DNA of 64,000 nucleotides from Azolla caroliniana (taxonomy: Eukaryota; Plantae; Polypodiophyta). The notes under the pieces were generated by a model that was not told where the DNA came from, did no database searches, and was given only the letters and a program-made list of their open reading frames with translations. A program made the position numbers and the translations under genes. The stretch covers positions 62,001 through 126,000 of the forward strand of contig JBHGNT010000009.1 in assembly GCA_043228905.1 (NCBI GenBank), in the 5' to 3' direction. Of this stretch, positions 13,458 to 25,200 are shown one piece after another. The stretch's first letter is position 1; each line of letters opens with the position of its first letter.

Positions 13458-14145
13458 TAGAATCGGCAATAGTTCGGTTTACACTTAGCCGGTTTGGCTT
13501 GTTAAGCCTAAACCGTTTTGGGGTTCTCAAACCTGAACCAAACCAAAACAAACCATTCCCTAAACCGGTTTGGGAACCAGTTTGGGACAAAAACACTTTA
13601 GAGGTGTGAAGAAACCCAAAAAACACCACTACCACTTCCTTTCCGGACCTCAATATGTCCATTCTCGATTGTTAGTGCCCATCCCTCAATCACCTTCAAG
13701 TCGAGCTTGTTGTGTCCTAGGTCCTAGGTCCTAGGTCCAACTCAAGAGAGAATTTGGAACTAAAATTTCACCTATATCATATATGGACAGAAAGAAGGAG
13801 GCCCTCACAATCGTCCACTATGCAGGCATCCTCTCCCTCTCTGTCCCTCCCTCTCTCATCACTAAACAGTATGTTGCCTATGGCTTCTTGTCAGTCTCTC
13901 TCTCAACTTTCAAGTTCTAACTTCTATCTGTCTAATTTCTAACTTTCTAAACCCTAATTATTAAATAAGATAAATGGCTTAAACGGCTTAAACGGTTTGA
14001 GTGGGTTTGGCAAGGCTCAAGCCAAGCCAAACCGAGCTCAAATCGTTTAGGTAGGCTCAAGCCTAAGCCGAGTCGAGCCGCTAAGCCGTTGTAAACCGGT
14101 TTAGCTAAATGGTTTACGCTTGACTTGAGCCTTTGCCGATTCCTA
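13458..14145. mobile_element. Non-autonomous hAT (Ac/Ds-like) DNA transposon, 688 bp
   Basis: TIRs tagaatcggcaa / ttgccgattccta. Perfect 8-bp TSD ATTGGAAA (13450-13457; 14146-14153). Many subterminal AAACCG/AAACGG-type motifs. No coding capacity. Confidence 0.9.
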
Positions 14146-15535
14146 ATTGGAAAGGAATTATACATGCTCAATTGGTCACAATTATGAAATTTTCGGAATA
14201 TTAAAAACATAAAAAGGAACGTCATGAAGTCAATATTATGCATACTAGGTAAATAAGGAAAATTTTAATGTATTACATGAGTTTGACAAAAAGGATAAAA
14301 TATATTGATGAAAGGATATTACTAATTAGTTGCACCACATATTATCATTATTAAATTACTTTTTTTTCCAAAAAAAAAACACTACTTCGCATTAGTTAGC
14401 AAATTATTAAATTACTTTATGAAAACATCTTGAATTAATAATATGAAGATTGAATTTAAGCTTTATAAAAATATCTCTTTGACATATGAGGTTTAGTGAA
14501 AAGCCCATTACATGTTAGCAATGCGCACATCATGTGTATGAGGTATGATGATCAATATGTTCTTAAAGTGTACCATGGTAAAATAATCCATATATCTCAC
14601 AGAATGTCATTCATTATGAGATGGAAGACAATTGGGGTATCGATGAGACCAAAATGCATAACTCCTTACTTAAAATGCACATTGGATATGTAGAAGGTGA
14701 ATTTCCACTTTTCATTATGGTTGCGCAAACAAGATTGTAGGTTCCCTAAAGGTCAAACTTGGGAAACAATATCTCAGTATGACAAGGAGCTTGTGGATTG
14801 TTGATTTCTAATGGTTAGTTGATTTAGACCTCAATAGTCTACGTGGAGTTGCAAATACTCATTTTTCTTTCTAATTGATGAACAAAATGCCCCTGCAATG
14901 AGGAACTTGGAGTGGCAAATGAAGCCTTTAGGGGATTCTCCTCAATGTACATCTAGTGGGCCTCAATATTGGGTTCAGAGAATCCATGGATTTATTTGTT
15001 TGAATGGTGACACACCATTTTGGAGGTCAATGGGGTAGTCATAAGCTAGTTTTCTTGTAGACGATCTATATCATTTTTTTCAAAGTCATTTTGTTCATAA
15101 ACAAAATGGGCACCCCAACAAGGGGGACTTGGAGAGATGAATGATACCTTTTAGAGTTTCTTATAATTGTACACCTAGAGGGTCTCAATGATGGATCTAG
15201 AGAATCCATATATTTATTAGTCTAAATGGAGAAGCAACTGTTTGGAGGTCAATGAGGTATATTAGCATTAAGAAACGCCCTAAGGCTATCCATGATATAT
15301 GTACATTTAGGTAATGACCCCCGTTCTAAGTTCTACGTATTTTATCTTTACATTACATATTAAGTGTTTAAAGAAAAGTAGAATACTTCAATATTTTACA
15401 ACTATGGTAAAGGCAGGATTCGTCATCTTGAGGATGATAATAATAAAGAGTACAAGCTACCATATGCTTATTAATAATACCATGGAATCTTGCTAACACC
15501 TTGGATCTTTATATACATTTTCAAATACTAAGTAC

Positions 15536-16174
15536 TGTTAGAAATATTGAGAATCGATTAGATAGGTATATAGAGTTACAACTACAGAGATGGGATATAT
15601 GAAAACAAAACTTCGATTACATATGAGAGTAGCTCACAATGGTAGTTTTCCCATGCACTCACACCTTAGAGCTTAGATAGGATATTGACAAGCTCACTAC
15701 AAAATTAGTGGGGACTGATAATCAAGCCAACCACTGTGAAAAGAAAGTGGATTGCTTTCTATGTTTGGTCTAAGTATAACATTAAATGTGCAAGTCAGTT
15801 GATAGTAGTGGAGATATTCCTTTTCTGTCAACTGACTTGTCATTTAATATGACCAACTCCCTAGGTACAGGCTAGTGCTAGATAGTACTTATCTTGAAGT
15901 CAATGACGCATACTTCAACACTAAGTACATCGTAACTTGCCCACAAAATATTCTAGTTGGCTTGATTAGCCAATCCTATTACCTATTTTCCTCTTTCCTA
16001 AATACATTGTGTCCTACGCATCTACGATTTCCTAGATTAACACCTTATCGACCCATATGGTCGAGTTGCACACTAGCCGCTCCTCATTTGGGGCGCTATC
16101 ACAAAATGTGCACTCTAAGAGCACATATGGGGATAGATTTACAACTTGGGGCTGATCATTGATTATATCTAACA
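15536..16174 (-). mobile_element. Copia LTR (family A, 639 bp), bracketed by AGTAC on both sides (solo-LTR configuration)
   Basis: TGTTAGA...TCTAACA termini. AGTAC at 15531-15535 and 16175-16179. Near-identical to the PBS-linked LTR at 45042-45680. Confidence 0.88.
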
Positions 16175-16349
16175 AGTACTACTTCTTTAGTTGGCTTGCT
16201 AATAAAATAACTATGGGATAACTATGAGAACATAATTGCTCCCTAACAATACCATACGACAATAGTAGACGTTTTATTTTGTGAACATGTGCAATTTAAT
16301 GCAAGGAGTCTTTCTCAAGTAAGTGAACCCCACCGATTGAGAACTCAAT

Positions 16350-16500
16350 GATCAACCCATTGAGTTCACTTGGAATTGGGCCAACTCCTAGTCATCGAAG
16401 GTGTTGTTGTAACTATTCTGCTCCAAGCGCCTTTGTGAAGATATCCGCAACATTTTTTGATGTCGGACAATACTCAAGCTCCATAGTCTCATCATTTATT
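16350..16500 (-). pseudogene. Copia RNase H C-terminal remnant
   Basis: Minus strand translates DETMELEYCPTSKNVADIFTKALGAE* (ADIFTKAL motif). Confidence 0.8.
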
Positions 16501-18443
16501 AGTTATTCTCCCTCGTTGTCATCTCTGGTGATCGGGCCTGAGGTTCCTCTTCTTTGGCTGTGGCCGGAATTGGTGTCGCGCTGGATTCCTCGTTTGTGCA
16601 CGTGTTGTCGGCTTGTGTGATCTGGTGAAATAGCTCCTCCTGACTTTCACCAAAATCATCTAAGAGCTGTGTGAGTTCTTCGGAGTGTTGGTCTGCTAGC
16701 GCACGATAGTCTTGCGCTAGGTCCTCCCGTACGGTCGGAATGCTCTCCTCATTTAGTTTATAGAAACCTCAACCGTCTTTTCGCCGGTTCTCCCAGTCCG
16801 CACGATACACGTGCAATTCCACTGCTTGGGTTGCCCACGCCATCCATCCTTTGTCCATCGCCATTTTCAATTGCGCTGTGAACCTCTCCCGATTTGTTTG
16901 GAGAAGGATCCGCACGTTATCTGTGATGGCCTGGCAACGGTTGCGTGCGTCTTCCATCGACTTCTGGAGATTTGCGATTTCCTGTTGTTTAATGGCTGCC
17001 GCTTCCTCATACATGGCCTTCAGGCCCGCCCACAACTGGGATTCCTTTGCATGCTGTTCTTCTAATTTCCCCATCTCGTTGTTTAGGCGGATTTCGAGCT
17101 GATGCCTTCTGTCTTGTTCGACCACCAACTGCTCATCGAACCATACCTTCTTTTTTTCTAATAAGGCCCGAAATCCTGCTATTGCCGCCTCCGATTTCTT
17201 CGCATCCTCTCGTAATTGTGCGTTGTCATCCTTTGTCCGGATGTGCTGAGCTACCTCCGTAGCTAGTTTCTCTTCAAGAGTTAGCCCGTATCTCCTTTTC
17301 TTTGTCTGAGGATTGGCGTAGTTCTGCTCGAAGACGGTCAATTTCGGATTCCACTAGCTGCACGGCCCTTTTTTCTTTTGAGGCGATGGCGGTCTGAGCC
17401 TCGATTTCTTCTTTTAGAGCGTCGATGACGTGGTTTGGTGGCGGGGTTGCATGTTGCGCCGTAGTCACGTGAGCTTCCAACTCCGCGATGCGTGCGTTGG
17501 CTTTTTGCAGTTCGGCTTCGGTCAGTTTAACCTTCTTCCAGACATTCTTTTTTTTTATGGCCATCTCCTTGGCGCCCGTGCTGACCTTTGCCAGTTCCTG
17601 ATGGACTTCGACTAGGGCCGTGTTTAAGGGAGGTATCTCCATCCCCACTCGCCGTACCCTGGCGTTCCTTTGTCTGCCGACCCTGGCTAGCCGGTCCTCA
17701 TCGTCACTCTCCGTTGTTTGTGTTAGGGCGCGCTCGATCATCTAGCGTTCCGCATGCTCCTCGGCCATTCGTTGGGCGGCTTTGACTTGTTGTCTTGCCA
17801 AGAACTCCATGAGCTCAAAAGAAGTACCGAATTGCAAGAGGGCGCTGAACTCGTGAGCCGTATCCGGGATATCCGGATATGCCAAAACCTCGCTTTCCAC
17901 CATCAGTACAGCTTTCCCTCGTTGGGACTCAGTCGTAATAATCGGCCGTGGATCCCAGATGATTTCGAAGGTGGTATTCGGTTCCGCTGTTGGGTATGCA
18001 TGCAAGCCTTCCCTTAACGCTGGCCCTGTGATGACCCCCCAATCGACTACACGCCCTTCAAAGGTATCGATAATGATGCCCGCTTTCTGCTTAGGCATCC
18101 CATATGCGTTGACATGTACGCAGCCGACTTCTAGTAGGAACTTGGCAACTTCACGGAAGAAGGGATCCGGAATCTGTTTTGTTCTATAGACCTTGGCGGA
18201 GGAGGAATATGGCCCAAAATACCACTGCAGCGCCTCTGCAGGAGGTATTTCAAAATGTCTTTCGCCTAGTGAGGATAGGTCCAACTTCTACTGGATGGAA
18301 GAGTTGGTGACCGTGTCGATGTTAAGCTTCCTGGCGATGTCCATGGCGTCTGGGTGCGGAGGTGCTTCTGCGAGCCGGATGTAACCATCCAGGCGTTTCT
18401 CCACGAGCCATCTGCGTAGGGCAGTAGAGATGAAGATCGGCAT
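16500..18443 (-). pseudogene. Extra sense-strand ORF 3' of pol in element D (~600+ aa, broken): plant-transposon-protein-like N-terminus plus long coiled coil
   Basis: Consecutive ORF pieces 18288-18443, 17742-18284, 17274-17741 and 16769-17341 are separated by single stops or a frameshift. G..VDWG.I motif, then heptad-rich E/K/A/Q sequence. Confidence 0.7.
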
Positions 18444-21187
18444 TGCCAGAGTAGGTTCGTGGGGAGGAGACGGGTGGTTGTGGTGAGTTGGAGCTCTGAG
18501 ATAGGATGGGGAAGAAGGTGAGGAGGAGGAGCGATGGGAGCGTTGATAGCTAGAAGATGGGTTTCTGCTTTGTGCAGAAAATCTTTTGTTTCCTTCTTTT
18601 TGTGGCTTAGGGTTCATTGGGCGGTGAGCCATCGTGGTCCCGCGTGTTCTTGAACTAGGAGTTTTCGCATGCCTTTAGTCGTTTTAATAGTTGCTATCTT
18701 CTCTCTTTTTTTCTTTTTTTTTTGTAACGGTTATTTACAACCTCTTTTTCCATTATAGTACAAATGGGGTTGTCCATTTTACGTTGCGGGTTCCCCGGCT
18801 CTGTCCCGTTTGGCGGTGAATGGGTTAGGTGGCGTAGGGCCTAGGTAAGGTTTGAGCCGAAATCCATTCACCTTTTGCCATACTACTTCTCCAGCCAGCG
18901 TTCCTAGTTGGAACGTGCCTTGTTCCGCTCCAATTATCCAGTATGGGCCGGTCTAGCGGAAACGTAACTTCCCCGGCATATGGCCCATACGCGTTTGAAA
19001 AACTAGCACTGCTCAGCCCACGACGAACTCCTTTTCCCTTGCCTTCTGATGTCGATCCACAAACGCTTTACGCCATCGTTGTTCCTGTTCCAATACAGCC
19101 ATGCTGTGGACGCGTTTTTCCCCTAGTTCGAGGAGTTGGTAGAGCCATACCTCCTCCGACTTGGCTTCTGATAATTGGTTCTGTACCTGAATGCGCAAAC
19201 TAGGTACCTGAAATTCGACCGGCATCACAGCCTCCAGTCCAAACGCTAGTCGGAACGGTGTTGACTGTACGCTTGTTTTGTAACTAGTTCTGTACGCCCA
19301 TAACGCACTCTGTAGTTTGGTATCCCAATCTGTTCTATTTTCATTGACGGTTTTCTTCAAAATGGTCTGTAATGTCTTATTTGTGGATAATATGGCGTGC
19401 TCTTCTTGAGGACTACGACGTAATGATGTGTTAGTTCCCGAACCACCGTATTGAGAAAGTGACTCCCCTGGTCACTGATGAGCTCAATCGGACAGCCGAA
19501 CCGGCACCAGATGTGCTCGTCAAGGAATTTGGCTGTGACGACCGCCGTATTTTCACGTAGTGCCTTTGCTTCTACCCATTTGGTGCAGTAATCCGTCGCT
19601 ACCAATATGTATTTATTGCCCGTATGGTCCGCTGCTGGTGTGAAGGGCCCTACAAAATCCAATCCCCACTTTTGGAAGGGGTGTAGCGGTAATACGGGTT
19701 GGTGTGGCATCCTTGCGGCCTCCGTGGGCTGACCCATCCGCTGACACAAATCACACTTTCTACAATACTCGGATGCGTCCTTCTGCGTTGTTGGCCACCA
19801 TAAGCCCGCCTGCCATACTTTCCGAGCTGTCACGTCGCCCGCGTAATCGCCGCCTGCCATGCCGCAGTGTGCCTCCCGTAAAACTGCTTCCTTCTCATCC
19901 TGACGAACCCCACGTCGCCAAATGCCGTCACTTCCTTTGTGATATAAAACACCTTCGACGAGGCAGAAGTGACGGCTTCGGACGGCTAGTTGTTTCCTCT
20001 CGTCCGTGCGTAATTATGGTGGAGGCAGTCTTGTAGTTAAAAAGTACGTCATTTCCATAAGCCATCCGTCCGGAAAGGTGGATTCCGTTTTTTCTGCAAG
20101 TGTCGCTACTCGCAAGATGTCGGCGTCCGGAAAATCGTCGTCGTCTTTCTGTACTATTTCTCCATTCTCGAGTCTGCTCAAAAAATCCGCCACTGCGTGT
20201 TGCGTCCTTGGTCGGTGCTGAATTACGAAATCGAATTACGGGAGCAGCAGCATCCACCGCACCAATTTCCCTATCAGGGCTTGTTTCTCCGCCAAATACA
20301 ATAATGCCGAATGATCCACGTGGAACGTGAATTTCCTTCCTAATAAATAGTGTCGGAATTTATTGATGTTATATATCATCCCTAGCGCCTCCCGCTCTGT
20401 TGTGGAATAGTTACGCTCTGCTGCTGACAATTTATGACTCGCGTAGTATACTAGCCTGTACCAGTTTGGTTCGGTGAGCTGCATTAGTGCGCTTCCTATT
20501 GCTATGTCTGAGGCGTCGACGAACACGTGGAATGGCTTCGCCCAAACTGGTGGTTGTACAACGGGAGCCTATGTGAGCATTATCTTAAGTGCCTTATAGG
20601 CCTTATCCTTTGTTGCAGTCCATTCGAAAGGAGTCCGATGTACGGCAGGGTGTAGCGGCGTGGCGAAGTCTGCCAAATACCGTATCATCCGACTATGCCA
20701 CCGTATTTGTCCTAAAAACCGGCTAAGCAATTTGGCGTTTGTCAGAGTTTTGGCTTGCGTAATCGCGGAGATCTTGTTTGGTCGACCGCTATTTGCTCTT
20801 TGCTGACTATGTGGCCTAGGAGAGTCCCGCTGGTCATGCCGAAGGCACATTTCGCGGGATTCAGGCTTAAGCGTGCGGTGCGGCAACGTTCCAGGCACAG
20901 TCGTAAGTGCGTAAAATGGTCTATTGTTTCCCCATATACCGCAAAGTCGTCTAGAAAAACTTGCATGAACGTCGGAATGTATTCCCCAAAGATCTCCGTA
21001 ATCGTTCGTTGAAATATTGTTGGCACTGTCTTTAGCTCGAACATCATGACGACTGCCACATATACTCCCTAGTCCGTGACAAACGCCGTCTTCTCCTAGT
21101 CCTCGAGGTGCATGCGTACCTGGTTCTAGCCACTGAAGCCATCTAAGAAACTGTACATCTCATGGCCTGCGACGGCATCCAGCACGC

Positions 21188-21830
21188 CGTCGAGGTATTC
21201 CTCGCGGATGCGTGGAATGAGGCGGAACCTCGCGGGTCCTGTACCAAAGAGCAAGAGAGGAGGGGAAGAATCCCTCTACGTGCGAGCGTAGATCCACAGG
21301 GACACGGCCCTTCGACGCAAAGACGCAAGTGGGACAACGACACAGAAAGACACAAATGTATGTATGTATTGACAAGACAGACAACAAGAACACGAAGACA
21401 ATCAAAACACGAAGTCGGTTACAACCGAACAGGCCGGCGAACAGATGCCGATACCTGCTCGTAAACGCACAGAGAGGAAGGAGTAGGTTGGAGGTGCTGC
21501 CGGAAGCACTCGGGCATTCCTCAGAGCAGCGCGAGCCTCCCGAAACCTGCACAGAAGGAAGCTATGGCGTTTGCAACCAGAAAGAGAGAGAGAGAGAGAG
21601 GAGCCTTCGCACGCAAACCGACAGCACTTCGTCCTCGACTCTCCGCGATCCCTCTACCCTCCTCGTCTCCCTCCTTTTATAGGCAAGGAAGGATCCGTTT
21701 TCCCCTTTACTCCCTACCTACCGAATCTACCTAGGATCTCCTATGTACAACTTTAGGCGCACGTGCATGAAGAGTCGGTTTCTACGCTCCGGTGCACCGA
21801 TTCCGCTCGTGGACGGTTTTCTTCACGACA
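21188..21830 (-). repeat. 3' LTR of element E
   Basis: Direct repeat of 32761-33385 with a few substitutions and an ~18-bp extra segment near 21392-21409. Terminal TG is mutated to CG. Confidence 0.95.
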
Positions 21831-22286
21831 TCCGCTCCCACCTAACCGCGCATCCACCGGCATGCGCCAAATTGTGTTGGTACGAAGAAAACCGGTCCAG
21901 CCTTCATTCCCCGCCCGTCGATTCTTCCTCGGTTTCGGATCGTTCATCGTCCCAGTCCAGGTTAACCGGATCCGGCTCGTCATCATGACGCTTCTTGAAC
22001 GCTTTGATCCGTTTCCCAGCTACCGGTATCGCCACTCTCGTGCCATCGAGTTCCGCCAGATCGTATGTCCCGTTGTCGTTGGCGCTTTGTACCACGTAAG
22101 GCCCGAACCACCTTCTTGCGAACTTCCGCGTCGCTCGGTGCTGGTTGTCGAGGCTGCTGTCGTAGACTAGCACCCAGTCGCCTTCCTCGATCTTCTTCGG
22201 TCGGAGCCGGTGTGTTCGGTCGAACCGGGCTTTGTTCCTCATCCTTGCTTCCCGAAGCTTTTCCGCAGCCCGCTCCACGCCCTCCG

Positions 22287-25200
22287 TGTTGGGAATCGAC
22301 GCTTCGATTCACCTTCTTCACTCGGCCACAACCGAGTAATCGCGGATCAATGCAGTAGAAAATAGGAACCACACGGAGAAACAAAAAAAAACGCGCGAGT
22401 ACACAGGAATTAACGTGGAAAACCCAGACGGGAAAAACCACGGGAGCACAAGACTCCAACCCAACACTATACAGAGAAGTATACAATGACGAGCTGCAAG
22501 GCGACGACCTTGAGCTCGCTGTCCTCGCCACAGGCGGCGGAAATACACAGAGGCGTCTACCTCTTCCTCTCTCGCGCTCTATCTCTCTCACGGCTGCTCT
22601 CTCTTCACTCCTCTAAAGTGAAAAAACAGAAAAATAAGAAGCAACACAAAAACTATTTGCCCTAAGTCATATTTATACTTATATGACTTTGGGCTATTTA
22701 CAACTGTAGCCTCAAGGGCCCATAGCGAACATATTCACGGATATGTCCCTGCATCCGGATCGCTCACCGGGTACATTCGTCATCCGGTACCGAAGCCGGG
22801 GTCTTCGTCATCCAGATCCGAAACCGAAACCGGGCTTGTCGGCATCCATCTCAGATATCCGACCATCCCATCCGAAAGGGACCGAAATCCCAACAAACTC
22901 CCCCTTCACTTCGGCATGGGATGTCTCTCCAATCCGATCCTCTTCCGGCATGCTTCCAGCTTGTCGGGTGTGAGCACCTTGGTCAGCATATCCGACCCGT
23001 TCTCGTCCGTGTGGATCTTCGTCAGCACGAACTCCTTGTCTTCTATCCTTTCCCGGATCCAGTGATATCTTCGCTGGATGTGCTTCGTCCGGGAGTGATA
23101 GGCCGCGTTCTTCGCAAGGTGGATTGCACTCTGACTATCGCAGTAGAGTCGGTACTCCTCCTGTTGGATACCGAGCTCTCTAATGAAGTCCTTCATCCAT
23201 ATTATTTCCTTGCCGGCTTCAACAGCCGCCATGTACTCCGCCTCCGTGGTTGACAACGCAACCGTCTTCTGCAGCCTCGACTGCCAGGAAACAGCTCCCC
23301 CTGCATACGTCATCACATACCCTGATGTGGACCGGCTGGTATCTGCATCAGCCGACATATCCGAATCGGTGAAGCCGTCGAGTTCGGGCTTACCGGAGCC
23401 GAATCGGAGGCACACGTTCGCCGTGCCCTTCAGGTATCGGAGTATCCACTTGGCCGCGTTCCAATGCTCTTTGCCGGGATTGCTCATGTACCGGCTCACC
23501 ACTCCGACTGCATATCCGATGTCCGGTCTCGTACACACCATGGCGTACATCAAGCTCCCGACGGCTGAGGCATACGGCACTTTCATCATATCCTCCTTTT
23601 CAGCCTTTGTCTTGGGACTTTGCTTGCTGGACAGCTTGCAGTTTGCCGGGAGGGTCGATCCGACCGGTCTTGCTTCCGACATGTTGAACCGGTGAAGCAC
23701 CTTCGTCACGTACTTCTCCTGTGACAGCCACAACTGCTTCTTCTTCCGGTCCCGGATGATGTGCATCCCTAGTATTTGCCTCGCCGGACCCAGGTCCTTC
23801 ATTGAGAAGGTTCGGTGAAGAGCCTTCTTCAGCATCCGTATCTTGACCTGGTCCCGTCCGACGATCAACATGTCGTCCACGTACAGGAGGAGTATTAGAA
23901 AGTCTCCTCCTTCGAACTTCTTCACAAACACGCAGTGGTCGGACTGCGTTTTGAGGTACCCTTCGTCGGTCATGAAGGAGTCGAACTTCCGGTACCATTG
24001 CCGGGGAGCCTGCTTCAGTCCGTAAAGGCTCTTCTTCAGCCGGCATACCAGGTGCTCCTTCCCTTTCTTCTCGAATCCTTCCGGTTGCTGCATGTAGATC
24101 TCTTCTTCGAGGTCACCGTGAAGGAATGCCGTCTTCACGTCCATCTGTTCTACCTCGAGGTCCATGCTTGCCGCTATGCTCAGCACCGTCCGGATGGAGG
24201 TCATCTTCACTACCGGGGCAAATATCTCGTCGAAGTCGACGCCCTTCTTCTGCTGAAACCCCTTCACCACGATCCTGGCTTTGTATCTCGGGGGGTTTCC
24301 GGCATCTCCCGGTTTCAGCTTGAACACCCACTTGTTTCGAAGTGCCCGCTTTTCTTTCGGCAACTCCACAAGTTCATATGTGTGGTTCTCATGCAGGGAA
24401 TCCATCTCGTCCTGCATGGCACTCAACCACCTGCGGCTCTGAGTGTCATGTTTTGCTTCTTCAAAGCTCTCCGGCTCCCCCTCGTCGGTTAGCAGCACGT
24501 GCTCTGGTTCCGGAAATCTCCGGGGGGCCCTTCTCTCTCTTAGAGGATATCTCCGTTCCGGAGCTTCGGTAATCGGTTCTTCCGATTCTTCTTCATCCGA
24601 ATCCATTTCGGGATCGGGGCCGGTTCCGGTATCATTTTCATCTTCTTCGGTCGGTTCGGTTTCTTCACCGTCTTCGGCCGGATCCTCGAGTGCTAACCGG
24701 TCCCTTGCCGGTCGGGACTGCTCCTCGTAGAGTTGATCCTCACCGGTCGACTTGGAGCTCTTCATCTTCTTCTCCGACTCCCAGTCGGCGAGTGTCTTGT
24801 CCTCCATGAAGATGATATCTCGACTCCTGAATATCTTCTTGTCGACCGGGTCCCATACTCGGTAGCCGAACTCGTCATCGCCGTAACCGAGGAATATGCA
24901 TGGCCGGGTCTTTGGATCTAGCTTTCCTCTCCGGTCCTTTGCCACATGCACGTATGCGAGACACCCGAACACCTTCAGATGCCGGTAGGATACTTCCCTA
25001 CCGGTCCACACTCTCTGCGGCGTGTCTCCGCCCAAAGGTACTGAGGGTGATCTGTTTATCACGTATGTCGCCGTCGACATCGCCTCAGCCCAAAAACCCT
25101 TGGGTAATTCCGCATGCGCCAGCATACTCCGGACCCTCTCCATTATGGTCCGATTCATCCTCTCGGCCAGCCCGTTCAGTTCCGGCGTCTTCGGCACAGT

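Noticed and set aside
14962-15259. Degenerate ~75-bp direct repeat about 222 bp apart
   Set aside because: Low identity, no termini or TSD; cannot be interpreted.
21983-22591. ORFs MREIERERGRG.. (also 26918-27313), and duplicated ORFs at 15875/45381 and 21329/32657
   Set aside because: They lie within LTRs and are duplicated only because the LTRs are. No recognisable protein motifs.
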